This document shows, piece by piece, positions 47,091 through 57,230 of a DNA stretch of 64,000 nt. The position numbers were made by a program, and so were the translations under genes. The notes beneath the pieces were generated by a model, which saw only the letters and a program-made list of their open reading frames with translations, did not search any database and was not told the origin of the DNA. Each line of letters begins with the position of its first letter. The first letter of the stretch is position 1. Location: assembly GCA_050117845.1 (NCBI GenBank), contig JASFLY010000003.1:124949-188948 (forward strand). The letters run 5' to 3'. The DNA is from Candidatus Zixiibacteriota bacterium (GTDB taxonomy: Bacteria; RBG-13-66-14; B26-G2; WVWN01).

Positions 47091-48676
47091 CGGCTACGCC
47101 CGCGGCCCGATTCGTAGACGGCTCCGTCCGCAACCCTCAAGGCCGTCCGCAGCGGCACGCCGGTGACCAGTTCGGCCTCCGTCGGCAAATACCACCGCCA
47201 CGTTACGTTATCGAAGTACGCGATCACCGCCGACGTCCCATCGATTTCGCTCATACATTTTCCTAAATCATGTGGGTACGTTTCGTTGGGTAAACGCGAA
47301 GCGCCTACGAATTTTCGCGGAAGAAACCGAGTCGGCCTGCCGGTGTGGATATAAATGGCGTCGGGTGCGTTGGAATAAACTACGGTGCCGGGTTCTAGCC
47401 TCCCGACCGCGGCGACGAGTTCCGATTCCCGCCATTTCTCGCCGGTAAACTCCAAAACGTCGCCGCCCCTATACGCCTCGGTTACGACGGGGACGGCGCC
47501 CGATAACCCGCAGGCTACGAACAACGCGGCGGCCGCGGCCGCAGTCGCCCGAACGCCGACGCCCGGGCGCAAGCGGCGCCACAGGTAGTCGGCGATAACG
47601 GCCCCGAGCAAAAGGGACGCGACGTAAACGGACAAGAAGGTCCGGTTGCTCATCTGAACGCATACGTCCACGAACGTTATCGTGAAAAAGTAAATCGAAA
47701 TATAGGAGGCGATATACGCGGCGGGGACCGCGGCGACCCGGATTAGCTCTTTGAATCCGCCGTTGCCGGGCCCGTCCGTTGCCGGCGTCCGCCTTTTACG
47801 TAGCACTAGAAAACCCGTGGTCAACAACGCCGCCCCGGCGATTAGTATCAGCGCCCGTTTCGTCGCGGTCGTGGCCACAGGAACTGAATAGGCCAACGCC
47901 GCGGCGATGCCGCTTTTAACGTGATCCCAGGTTACGGGGTGGAACGCGATCGGCCTCGCGTCCACCGAACCGCCCCGGTAGTATTTCGCCGCCAGCCACA
48001 TAATCGCAGGTAAAACACTCAGCGTCATAAAAACCGCGAGCGCCGCAAGCCGCCGTTTCCGGTTTTCTTTACCAAGGAACAACAAGGCCGCCGCGCCGGC
48101 CGCTATGAGTGCCGCGCCGTCGTACCTCGTCAGGATGGCCAAGCCTACAATGAGCGCCCCCGCCGCGAGCAACCCGACCTCCCGCAGACGGGTATAGGCG
48201 ACGACCGTCGCGACGCCCGCCAAGCCGAGGAATATATAAAGCGGTTCGGTCCAGGCGAAGAAGTGGACGTTCCACGCGGCGGCCGACGATAGGACGGCGA
48301 GCGAGACGAACGCCGCGAGCCATCGCCGCCCCGTTAACCTGTATGCAACGAACCCCACCAGGAATACGTTGGCGGCGAAAAGGGCCGCGGCGAGGACCCG
48401 CGCCGCGTCGACCGCGTCGAGGCCCGGATAACTGACCGCCGCCAGAGCCATCGGGTAGAACGGCGGATGGTACGGCAAAAGCACCAGCCCGGCCTCGTCG
48501 GATAATACCGCGGCGCCGTTCCCGGCGACGATGTTCCGGGCGGCGCAAATGTAGGCCACGGAATCCGGAGAGATGCCCGGACCGTATCTTGTGCCGACTA
48601 ACACGACGGCGGATCCCGCCAGCGCCAGGCCGACGAGTAACGCGGCGAACCAACGCGTACGGCCGCCCTTTAACAT
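47072..48676 (-). CDS. polytopic membrane protein, putative GT-C-type glycosyltransferase (uncertain)
   Basis: Start taken at internal ATG 48676 (MLKGGRTRWFAALLVGLALAG); the 102-aa Arg/Gly-rich ORF-track extension is rejected; >10 hydrophobic segments plus soluble C-terminal domain. Confidence 0.5.
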   Translation of the reverse strand: MLKGGRTRWFAALLVGLALAGSAVVLVGTRYGPGISPDSVAYICAARNIVAGNGAAVLSDEAGLVLLPYHPPFYPMALAAVSYPGLDAVDAARVLAAALFAANVFLVGFVAYRLTGRRWLAAFVSLAVLSSAAAWNVHFFAWTEPLYIFLGLAGVATVVAYTRLREVGLLAAGALIVGLAILTRYDGAALIAAGAAALLFLGKENRKRRLAALAVFMTLSVLPAIMWLAAKYYRGGSVDARPIAFHPVTWDHVKSGIAAALAYSVPVATTATKRALILIAGAALLTTGFLVLRKRRTPATDGPGNGGFKELIRVAAVPAAYIASYISIYFFTITFVDVCVQMSNRTFLSVYVASLLLGAVIADYLWRRLRPGVGVRATAAAAAALFVACGLSGAVPVVTEAYRGGDVLEFTGEKWRESELVAAVGRLEPGTVVYSNAPDAIYIHTGRPTRFLPRKFVGASRLPNETYPHDLGKCMSEIDGTSAVIAYFDNVTWRWYLPTEAELVTGVPLRTALRVADGAVYESGRGRSRCGGPL

Positions 48677-49878
48677 AACGACGCCACTTCCCTCATCGCC
48701 CGGGCCATAGCCGCGACGTTCTTCTCGATGTCGAACTTCTCCTCGACGATCCGGGGGCCGGCCGGGAACCGGCCGCCGCCGTTCCAGGAATCGTCGTAGA
48801 CCTCTTCTATGGCCCCGGCCAGCGCTTCCGCGTCCCCCGGCGGAACCAGAATGCCGGCGCCGGCTTCGACCGCTTCGGGTATCCCGGAGATATCCGTGGA
48901 GACCACCGGGACGCCGGAGGCCATCGCCTCCTTGATGACCACCGGGCTCGAGTCCATATAACCCCCGGGGACGGGGACGCACGGCAGCACGAAAACGGCC
49001 GCCTCCCGTAAACGCTCCTTAACGTCATCGTGCGAGAGGGCCCCGGCGAAGGTTACGACGTCGGCCACGCCGAGTTCATCCCGCAAAGCTTCCAGGTCGC
49101 GGCGCAACGGCCCGTCGCCGACCAGGACGCATTCGAAGGCCAGGCCGCGCTCCTTCAAACGCCGCGCGGCCCGCAACAGGTACCCGAAACCCTTGGGCTC
49201 CACAAGATTGCCGACGGATAAGATGCGGAAGGGCCGGCGGCGGTGGGCGCTCGTCTTTTCGAATTCGCGCCGATCCACGCCGCAATGAATGGCGCGGACC
49301 TTTCCGTTCCCGCCGAACCGGCCCAGGAGGTCCTCTTGTATATATCGCGTCGCCGTGCGCACGAACGCGGCGTACCGCACCTTCTGTTTTAACATTACCG
49401 CCTCGGCCCGCGTGTCCCGGCCGGAGTGGGCCGCGAACGAGAAGGGGAGGCCGGAAAGCGCCGCGGCGAACATCGCCACCGTCGCCGGCTGGTCCGCGAA
49501 ACCGCCGTGGAGCAGGTCGACTCCGTGGCGGCGCAAGTGGAGGGCCGCCTTCCCCGCCTGGAGGAAATTAAGGCAGACTGCTTTCCTGCGGGAGAAGACA
49601 GCCGACAACAGCGTCCGAACGAACGCGACAGGCCGCCGTACCGCCAACGAGAACATCCGGAATAAAACCGTCAAGCGCCGCAGATTCGACGCCGGCAAAG
49701 AGCAGTCGACGGACGGGACGTCGGCTTCAACGCCCTCGACGAGGGAAGGCCGCGGCCGCGGCGGCTCGAGCGTGAACGCCGTTACGGCCACGCCCCGCCG
49801 CTCGAGCACCGCTATCTCGCCCGAGATAAAGGTCTCCGAGAGCTGGGGAAACGCGAATACTATATATCCTATACGCAT
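48670..49878 (-). CDS. glycosyltransferase family 4
   Basis: SPVVIKEAMASGVPVVSTDISGIPE motif. Confidence 0.75.
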   Translation of the reverse strand: MRIGYIVFAFPQLSETFISGEIAVLERRGVAVTAFTLEPPRPRPSLVEGVEADVPSVDCSLPASNLRRLTVLFRMFSLAVRRPVAFVRTLLSAVFSRRKAVCLNFLQAGKAALHLRRHGVDLLHGGFADQPATVAMFAAALSGLPFSFAAHSGRDTRAEAVMLKQKVRYAAFVRTATRYIQEDLLGRFGGNGKVRAIHCGVDRREFEKTSAHRRRPFRILSVGNLVEPKGFGYLLRAARRLKERGLAFECVLVGDGPLRRDLEALRDELGVADVVTFAGALSHDDVKERLREAAVFVLPCVPVPGGYMDSSPVVIKEAMASGVPVVSTDISGIPEAVEAGAGILVPPGDAEALAGAIEEVYDDSWNGGGRFPAGPRIVEEKFDIEKNVAAMARAMREVASLC

Positions 49879-49942
49879 AGTGGTTCTATTCGCTAGCGGG
49901 ATTAACCCGTCTTTACCACGGCAACGTATTGATGCGTGTTTT

Positions 49943-50737
49943 TTATTTTGGCTTCCGGCATATTAGGAGTTCCGTCGTAGGGCTTTCTTTAAATAGCGAT
50001 ACGCATATATTTTCGAAAGGGTATAGAACCATTCCGAATAAAAAACCGGATAATTCGTTCTTAGAGGCGACGCTAACTAACGCCCTCCAATTCGCCTTAA
50101 GGAAGCGGCTTTTCGTATCGATGGGGTCATTCATTAGGAATAGCAACGGAACCCGTTTTACTAATTCGAAGCCCGCTTCTTCCAAAACGAATTCCGTCGT
50201 TTCCAAAGGCCTCCATACGAAGTGCTCCGTTCGTACGGTACTTCCGTGGATAAAAACGTCGGAAAAAATTAATACGCCGCCCGGTTTTAATAACGAATAC
50301 AGGTTCGTTATCGCTTTAGCGAAACGGACATCGTCGACGATATGGTATAAAACGTCCAAGGCCGAAATCGCATCGTACGTACGGCCTGCTAACTCATTTA
50401 AGCCGCCCCCGATATCTAGACGGTAGAAAGGGTGATCTGGGTATTTCCCCCGTAGTTTTTCGATCGATATATTAGTAATATCTACGCCGGTCATTTTATC
50501 GACGCCGTTTTCTTTCCAGTTATCGAAACAAAAACCGGTCCCGACGCCTACATCTAATACCTCCTTATCCTGTAAATCCGGACCGATAGCTTTCATCTCT
50601 CGGGTCAGTACACGTTTCTTTACCCGATACATCCAATTATTGAAACTCTTACCAACCCCCAATCGGCCTACCGATTCGATACCGAAACTCCCCGTTAGTC
50701 TATTCTCCCAGTAATTCTCCGGGATAAACGTAGGCAT
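49943..50737 (-). CDS. class I SAM-dependent methyltransferase (compositionally atypical, lower GC)
   Basis: Motif I VLDVGVGTGF; gene and flanks visibly AT-richer than neighbours. Confidence 0.7.
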   Translation of the reverse strand: MPTFIPENYWENRLTGSFGIESVGRLGVGKSFNNWMYRVKKRVLTREMKAIGPDLQDKEVLDVGVGTGFCFDNWKENGVDKMTGVDITNISIEKLRGKYPDHPFYRLDIGGGLNELAGRTYDAISALDVLYHIVDDVRFAKAITNLYSLLKPGGVLIFSDVFIHGSTVRTEHFVWRPLETTEFVLEEAGFELVKRVPLLFLMNDPIDTKSRFLKANWRALVSVASKNELSGFLFGMVLYPFENICVSLFKESPTTELLICRKPK

Positions 50738-50797
50738 AGCATTACTCTCCTTTATACGCCGTATATTTCAAACTGGTGGGTACTGGGGGAACCGTAA

Positions 50798-52342
50798 TCA
50801 TATTCGGCCTTTCGCTTGGGAAATTATCCTATCGCCCTGGTACCCGTACCGGGCGAGAGTTAGACGAGCCCTCTCTCTCACAAACGAGACGGCAGTTATT
50901 ATTTCGGCACGTCGGTACGCGAAAGCGAAGATAGCGTAAACGAGTGTGGATACGAAAACTGAACCTGCTACGCTTGCCAAGGTACCGTAACGGGAATGTA
51001 GCACCCAACCCGTAAGGGAAGTACAGACGCCCACCGAGACAGAAGTAAAAACCGCCGGCATTACCGATTTTACGTATTGCCTCAGACGCAACCCGATAAT
51101 CCGGTTAGTAAAATACTGGCTTAAGCCGCCGGCTATCAATACGTACGCAGCGAATCCGATACCTACTCCGACTAAACCGTAACGGACACCTATGAACATA
51201 CCGGCTATTATTAATGGTAAGGAGAACATCGAAAGTTTTAACTCCAAACCGGCACGTCCTTTAGCTAAAACGACGGGCCCATTAAGAGTAATAACCGCGA
51301 CGGCGGCACCGGCAATACACATTAACCGGAGCGGCGTAACAATAAACAACCACTGGGAACCGAAGAACACTTCCACTACCGGCCCGGGATTGCCGGCGAC
51401 GAAGGCGAGCGCCGGCCACGTTATAAAGGCCGTCACGGATATAATTTTTATATACGCCCGCCGGAGCCTTTCGTCGTCGTCCTGGATGCGCGAGAAGCCG
51501 GGGAAACAAACCTTCGAGAGTATCCACGACACGCGCTGCTGGGGAGCCGTTATCAGGCGTTTCGTAATGTTGTACCCGCCCAGGAGGCCCGCGCCGAGAG
51601 CCCGGCCCACGATAAAGGTATCTGCCTGGAATCGGACGGCGTGGCACAAGTTGGAGGCGGCGTTCTTCGCGCCGAACGAGAACAGGGGTCGGAGAGACGA
51701 CGCGTCGAAGCGGCCGAAAGGCCGTTCCCGCGAAAGCCAGGTCAACACGACCACCCGGCCGACGGCCCCGCCGAGCTCGCCCCCGACGAGACTCCACGGG
51801 CCGAAGCCGGAGAGTGCCAGAGGGACGGCGACGGCGACGTACGAAAAAGCGTGCACCGCGTCGGCGACGCCGACCTCGCGGAACTTCATCTTTCGGCGCA
51901 GAACGGAATCCGGTACGACCGCCAGGGCGTTGATAACGAAACCGGCCGAGAAGACGCGGAGTAATGCTACCACTCGCGGCTCGCGGAACAGCGCGCCGAG
52001 GAGAGGGGCCGCCAGGACAGTTATCGTCGCGACGGCCGCGGCGAGCGCCAGGAAAACCCACGCGGCGGAACTCCGTTGGAGAGGCGTCAGCTCCCGGGCC
52101 TGTATCAGCGCGTTGGGCAATCCCATTTCGATAAAGATGACGGTTACGCCCGTCACGACGAAACACATCGCGACCAGGCCGAAGTCCCCGGGCGATAGTA
52201 TCCGCACCAGAACCAGAAGGCCGACAAAGCGGACACCCTGGACGAGCACCTGAGACGCCCCTACCCAGAAGGCGCCGCCCAGGATCCGATCCCGGAGTTC
52301 CGTCAATTTAAAAGATGCGGGTTGAGGAGTCTCGTTCGCCAA
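50798..52342 (-). CDS. polysaccharide/O-unit flippase (Wzx-like)
   Basis: 514 aa, ~12-14 TM segments, N-terminal LGGAFWVGASQVLVQGVRFVGLLVLVRIL typical of Wzx family; TTG start uncertain. Confidence 0.7.
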   Translation of the reverse strand: MANETPQPASFKLTELRDRILGGAFWVGASQVLVQGVRFVGLLVLVRILSPGDFGLVAMCFVVTGVTVIFIEMGLPNALIQARELTPLQRSSAAWVFLALAAAVATITVLAAPLLGALFREPRVVALLRVFSAGFVINALAVVPDSVLRRKMKFREVGVADAVHAFSYVAVAVPLALSGFGPWSLVGGELGGAVGRVVVLTWLSRERPFGRFDASSLRPLFSFGAKNAASNLCHAVRFQADTFIVGRALGAGLLGGYNITKRLITAPQQRVSWILSKVCFPGFSRIQDDDERLRRAYIKIISVTAFITWPALAFVAGNPGPVVEVFFGSQWLFIVTPLRLMCIAGAAVAVITLNGPVVLAKGRAGLELKLSMFSLPLIIAGMFIGVRYGLVGVGIGFAAYVLIAGGLSQYFTNRIIGLRLRQYVKSVMPAVFTSVSVGVCTSLTGWVLHSRYGTLASVAGSVFVSTLVYAIFAFAYRRAEIITAVSFVRERARLTLARYGYQGDRIISQAKGRI

Positions 52343-52420
52343 TTGGCCGACCTTATTCCGTAATATTTATCCCGTCGTTAAATCCGTTGAGCCGGACTAA
52401 CCCCGCCCCGTGACGTCGCG

Positions 52421-54331
52421 TCAATCCTTTACGTACGCCAGACTCTTCAGCCGGAATATCTCTTCCTCGGTTAATTTGACCGTCGCCGGGGCCGCGCACT
52501 CCCCCGCTTTCTCGGCGACGGCGAGGCGTTTCCGCCGGAGTTCGCCCAGCAGATCGTCGGCGTCGTCGAATCGGTATCGGTTTAAACGCTCGTCGGGGTC
52601 GTCCTCCCGATCGTAGAATTCGATCCGGCCCTTTTCTCGGTCGTCGATTATCGTGAAGCGCGCGGAGTGAAGGGCCGCCGGTTCGTCCGCGAAAGTGCGC
52701 GTTTCGGAATATACGAACCTCTCGCCCGCGGAAGCGGCCACGAGGGCGCCCAACGCCTTGCCCTCGAGGTCGGACGGCGCGGAGACGCCAGTGTGGGCGT
52801 AGACGGTCGGCGCCAGGTCCGCCAGGCTCACCGCGCCGCCGTACCAGCGGCAAGAAGCCAGCGGCCCGGCGGGAGCGCGGACCAATAACGGGACGCGGAT
52901 AACTTCGCGGTAATGCGTATCGTGCCCCAAAAAGCCGTGTTCCCTGAACATCTCGCCGTGGTCGGCCGTGACTATCACCAACGTGTTTTCGAAGAGGCCC
53001 CGCCCCTCGAAGGCGGCGAATACGTCTCCCAGGCGGTCGTCCACGTACGCCACTTCTCCCAGGTACAGCGCCCGCAGGACGTCGACCTCGGTAAACTCGT
53101 ACGAGTAGCCGTCCTCCACGTCACGGGTTAGTTTCTCCAGGGCCCGCCGTCGCAACTCCGGCGTACCGCGTACGAACTCGGCCGGCGGTGTATAGGGCAT
53201 GTGGGGGTCCAGGTAATGGGCGTACAGGAAAAAGGGACGGTCACCCTCGTAGGAGTCGAGGAAGTCAACCGTCTCGCGCGTCACCAAATCCGTTATTCGC
53301 TCTTCCCCCGGGCGGTTCGCCAGGAGGCGGACGGACGCGCCGTAAATACTATTGAACACGGTATCGTGGAACGCGGGGAAGGCGTCCGGTTCGGTTACCA
53401 TGTGGTAGTCGTCGAAGCCGCGGTTGAAACCCAAGGCCGGCCTCAGGACGTCGTTGCCGATTATCGCCCGGCAGTAGTATCCCTCCCGTGACAACGCCTC
53501 GGCGAGAGTGATCCAGTCGCCGCCGGGTGCCGCGTCGATCCGGGCCTTGTGAACGGTCGGGTACTGGGAAGTGAAAATCGTCATGACCGACCGATTGGTT
53601 TGGGGCGCGCAGGAATACGCGTTCTCGAAACGGCAGGCGCGGGCGGCGAAGCGGTCCAGGTTGGGCGTCGGCAGCGGCGCGCCGTAGCAAGAGAGCGCGT
53701 CGGCCCTCAGCGTGTCGACTACGATGAGGGCGACGTTCGGCCGCGGCGGCGGGGCGGCCGACGCCTCGGCGGCCAATCCGCCCGGCGCGAACAGGACCAG
53801 GGCCGAAAGCGCAACCGCGGCGGCCGCGGCGACCTGCAAGGTCCGGAAAACGCCCCAGGCCGCCAGGTGACGGAAGTATACGGCTAAAAGTTTTGCCGCG
53901 GGGTAAACGGCGACGGCGAAGGCCGAAAACAACGCCGCGTTCAATAGAAGGCTTTGCGCCGAGAGGAACCTCGCGTTCCGGCCTATGTAATAGAAATTAA
54001 CCGGCTCGAGGCATATAAGATAAGCGAGGCTCACGGCGGCCACGGCTGTCGGCCACGCCGGACCCGGCCGCCCCCCCTTGCCCGATATCCGCCGGACTAG
54101 CGCGGCCGCGCCGGCGACCACGGCCGTGACGGCGGCCATGAATATGAAATCGGCGAGCGTATTCTGGGCGAAATAAGAAAGCACCTGGGGACGGGTCGCC
54201 TCATGCAACGGCCCCCGGGCCAGCATCCAAAAATAATTACCAAGGACCCAATATTCGGCCAAAGCGCACGTGAGCGCCAGGAGGCCAAGCGTACCGAACC
54301 ACGTCAAATACCAACGATAGACTTTCCTCAC
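52421..54331 (-). CDS. membrane-anchored sulfatase / alkaline-phosphatase-superfamily protein (paralog of 41858-43828)
   Basis: N-terminal TM region then VALIVVDTLRAD, HYLDPHMPY, VTADHGEMF. Confidence 0.7.
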   Translation of the reverse strand: MRKVYRWYLTWFGTLGLLALTCALAEYWVLGNYFWMLARGPLHEATRPQVLSYFAQNTLADFIFMAAVTAVVAGAAALVRRISGKGGRPGPAWPTAVAAVSLAYLICLEPVNFYYIGRNARFLSAQSLLLNAALFSAFAVAVYPAAKLLAVYFRHLAAWGVFRTLQVAAAAAVALSALVLFAPGGLAAEASAAPPPRPNVALIVVDTLRADALSCYGAPLPTPNLDRFAARACRFENAYSCAPQTNRSVMTIFTSQYPTVHKARIDAAPGGDWITLAEALSREGYYCRAIIGNDVLRPALGFNRGFDDYHMVTEPDAFPAFHDTVFNSIYGASVRLLANRPGEERITDLVTRETVDFLDSYEGDRPFFLYAHYLDPHMPYTPPAEFVRGTPELRRRALEKLTRDVEDGYSYEFTEVDVLRALYLGEVAYVDDRLGDVFAAFEGRGLFENTLVIVTADHGEMFREHGFLGHDTHYREVIRVPLLVRAPAGPLASCRWYGGAVSLADLAPTVYAHTGVSAPSDLEGKALGALVAASAGERFVYSETRTFADEPAALHSARFTIIDDREKGRIEFYDREDDPDERLNRYRFDDADDLLGELRRKRLAVAEKAGECAAPATVKLTEEEIFRLKSLAYVKD

Positions 54332-54441
54332 GTCCTCTTCCTTCTGTCAACCCAACTCCGTAAACGATTCCGGCGTACCTGAAGATTGCGGCCCCGGCCT
54401 TGCGCCCCGGGCCAAAACGTACTTCTTTCGCATCGTCCGGG

Positions 54442-56643
54442 TTATTCTTTGAGTATCGGCTCGGCCTTATCTTTCCGGCCGTAACCGTAGCGGTAATAAC
54501 GATAGTACCCGTACCCGTATCCGTACGACTCTCCCAGTTCCGCGCAATTCAATACGATTCCGGCCACGTCGCCGCCGACCTGTTTGAGTGTGCGAACGGC
54601 CCGGTCCAACTCTTGCGCCCCGACGACCCCTGCCCGGACCACCATAATGAACTTCTTGACGGCCCCGGCCACAAGGGCGACGTCGGCCACCGGGAAGACC
54701 GGCGGAACGTCGAACAGCGTCAGGTCGAACTCCTCGCGGGCGGCCTTGATGAAGGCCGGGAAACGCGGCGAGGCCAAGAGCGCCGGCGACGCCGACGCGT
54801 TCGTTCCGGCGCCGACCACGACCAAGCCCTCGGCGTCGGTCTCGTTTTTAATATCTTCCCAACCGGCTTCGCCTCTCAAGAAATCGGCCAGGCCGGGGCC
54901 GCCGGCGACGCCCGCCAGCTCCCCGGTGGTGCGTTTTTCGAGGTCGGCGTCGACGAGCAGCGTGGGCGTGCCCAATTGCGCGAAGCTGCAAGCCAGGTTG
55001 GCGGCTACCGTCGATTTCCCCTCCTGGGCCCGGGAACTCGTGAGGCCCAGGATGACGCTACGGCTGCCGCCGTTGTTCCCAAACAGGTGCGTGAGTTGGG
55101 CGTAAAGCTGGCGATACGCTTCCGCGGCCGGGGACTTGGGCGCGTCCGCGACGACGCGGGCCGGGTGGACGTCGCCCCAACCGTTTCGCCCGTTGCGGTT
55201 CCCGGCCGACGCAGTCAAACTCCGCCGGGCGCCGAAATACGGGATAACGCCCAGGACATTGGCGCCGGCGACCTGTTGGGCGTCGCCGGCCGTTTTGACC
55301 GTACGGTCGAAATATTCCACGGCGGCTACGGCGGCGGAGCCGAACAACAAACCGCACAGAACGCCCAGCGCCAGGCTCTGCTTGCGGCGAGGCGCAAACG
55401 GGTACTGGGGCGGGACCGCGCTGCTGAATACGCGGGCGGTGCCGACCTCCGAGGCTTCGGCGATCCGCGCCTCCTCGCGCTTCTCGATAAGAAGCATATA
55501 TATGTTCTCGTTGGCTTCTTTCTCGCGGGTCAGGCGGGCCAGCTCGAACTCCTTTTCGGGCAGGGCCGCGAGCCGGCCTTCAGCCGTCGCCACGGTGACC
55601 GATAGTTCCCGCTCCGCCGTCTCGAGCGTCGCGACGTCGGTCCGTACGGCCTCGAGTTCCTCCGCCAGCGCTCCTACGCGCGTGAACAGGTCGAGGTTGT
55701 ACTCGTCCCCGACCACTCCCGCCGCAGCTTCGGCCAACTCTCCCCGGGCCAACGCGATTTCCTCGCCCAACGACTTTAATTCGGGATGGCTCGGGCCGTA
55801 GCCCTTCAGTACCAGGCTGGCGTACCGATACTCCAGAGTTACCAATTTCTTCTGCAGTTGCTCCGCCACCGGCGAGGAGACGTTGGTTCCGGAGGCCAGG
55901 AGCCGTTCTTTGGTCTCGCGCAATTCGTCTTCCAGATATCCGCGCTTGCGTTCGGCCACCGCCAGGTCCACCCGCGTTTTCTCGAGCGATTTTTCGAAGT
56001 CGGCGCCGGTTCGTATCAACTCGGTTGTCTCGGCCGGAAGCGACACGACGCCGCTCGAACGCTTGAACATCTCGAGCGCGAGCTCGCTCCGGGCCAGCCG
56101 TTCCTCGTACCCGTCCAGTTGCTTCTCTATAAATTCCTTCGCCGTGGATGCGCTCTTGCGACGGTGACGGAGGTGGGCGTCCATGAACGCCTCGGCCACG
56201 AGGTTAGCCAGCGCCGCCGCCCGGTCCGGGTCGCGGGCCTCGGTCGTAATCTCCACAATATCGGTATCGTTGAGCGCCCGGGCCTTGAGTGCGCCACCTA
56301 TCTCGGCCTCGGTGGGCGGGTCGTCCGGGTACAATTCCCGCCCCAGGGACGCGGCGTTGACCACCGTTTCCCTGCTCCGTATTAACTCCAGGTCGTTTTC
56401 GAGTTCGTTGGACCGGGGCACAAAGGCGGCCTCCAAGCCCAAGCTCTCGTTCTCGCGGTCGAAGATAACGCGGGCCGTCGCGGCGTAACGATCCGGTGCC
56501 TGAAGAACGTATATCACGGTGGCCGCGACGGGCAAGGCCGCGGCGGCGACGAACAGCCAACGCCGGCGCCATACCGCGCGCCACAGGCGGGCGAGTTGTC
56601 GGACTATGGGGTCGAAAGACCAATATGTCTGGTTTACGTACAT
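54442..56643 (-). CDS. polysaccharide co-polymerase / BY-kinase (Wzc/GumC-like)
   Basis: N-terminal TM + coiled-coil periplasmic domain, second TM, cytoplasmic P-loop AQEGKST, C-terminal Tyr cluster YGYGYGYYRYYRYGYG. Confidence 0.8.
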   Translation of the reverse strand: MYVNQTYWSFDPIVRQLARLWRAVWRRRWLFVAAAALPVAATVIYVLQAPDRYAATARVIFDRENESLGLEAAFVPRSNELENDLELIRSRETVVNAASLGRELYPDDPPTEAEIGGALKARALNDTDIVEITTEARDPDRAAALANLVAEAFMDAHLRHRRKSASTAKEFIEKQLDGYEERLARSELALEMFKRSSGVVSLPAETTELIRTGADFEKSLEKTRVDLAVAERKRGYLEDELRETKERLLASGTNVSSPVAEQLQKKLVTLEYRYASLVLKGYGPSHPELKSLGEEIALARGELAEAAAGVVGDEYNLDLFTRVGALAEELEAVRTDVATLETAERELSVTVATAEGRLAALPEKEFELARLTREKEANENIYMLLIEKREEARIAEASEVGTARVFSSAVPPQYPFAPRRKQSLALGVLCGLLFGSAAVAAVEYFDRTVKTAGDAQQVAGANVLGVIPYFGARRSLTASAGNRNGRNGWGDVHPARVVADAPKSPAAEAYRQLYAQLTHLFGNNGGSRSVILGLTSSRAQEGKSTVAANLACSFAQLGTPTLLVDADLEKRTTGELAGVAGGPGLADFLRGEAGWEDIKNETDAEGLVVVGAGTNASASPALLASPRFPAFIKAAREEFDLTLFDVPPVFPVADVALVAGAVKKFIMVVRAGVVGAQELDRAVRTLKQVGGDVAGIVLNCAELGESYGYGYGYYRYYRYGYGRKDKAEPILKE

Positions 56644-56654
56644 GTCGAGTTACC

Positions 56655-57176
56655 TCACTCTCCGCCGGCCACTTCGACGTACAAAATCACCGTACCGGCG
56701 ATTACGGCCAACTCCGACATAATTTTTACGAATTCCCGCCACGCGTATTTTTTATTGCGCCTAACGTAAATCGTATCCCCCGGTTGCAGTACGGGCAACC
56801 TGGCCACGTCGCCGGTATCGAGGTAGGCGTCGACGTCCACGGCCTCGTCTCCCCCGGCGCCCGGCCTCGTTAGCCGGACCGTCCCCAAATTGGCGAACTC
56901 GGTGGGGCCGCCAGCGTACGATATCAATCTCGTAACGTCGGACCCGTCCGGGATGCTGTAATACCCGGGATTCCGCACTTCGCCCCAAATACTAACCGGG
57001 ACCAACAACTCCTCGTCGAGGGGCCGGGTCGACCCGTACGACGCCCGGTATCCGGGGTCCGCTTCGGCGCCGGCGCTGGTCCATACGTACGAATCGCTTC
57101 CCGCGGCGACGCTCACGCCGAAAATCGTCGTCGCCGTGAGGACGCATATTCCCCTTTTTACCGCGTTAAGACTCAA
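56655..57176 (-). CDS. polysaccharide export protein (SLBB-type, short Wza/EpsA-like)
   Basis: Signal-like N-terminus; VSIWGEVRNPGYYSIPDGSDVTRLISYAGGPTEFANLGTVRLTR matches the export-protein beta-grasp pattern; TTG start. Confidence 0.6.
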   Translation of the reverse strand: MSLNAVKRGICVLTATTIFGVSVAAGSDSYVWTSAGAEADPGYRASYGSTRPLDEELLVPVSIWGEVRNPGYYSIPDGSDVTRLISYAGGPTEFANLGTVRLTRPGAGGDEAVDVDAYLDTGDVARLPVLQPGDTIYVRRNKKYAWREFVKIMSELAVIAGTVILYVEVAGGE

Positions 57177-57230
57177 GTTTCCCCTTTCAGTTAACCCAAG
57201 GCCGGAACCCGGCGCGCGATCGCGTACCCG

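Noticed and set aside
51192-52253. 353-aa plus-strand ORF antisense to the Wzx flippase gene, and 269-aa ORF at 36077-36886 inside a GT4 gene
   Set aside because: Arg/Thr/Pro-rich shadow ORFs; the opposite-strand genes have recognisable membrane and GT motifs.
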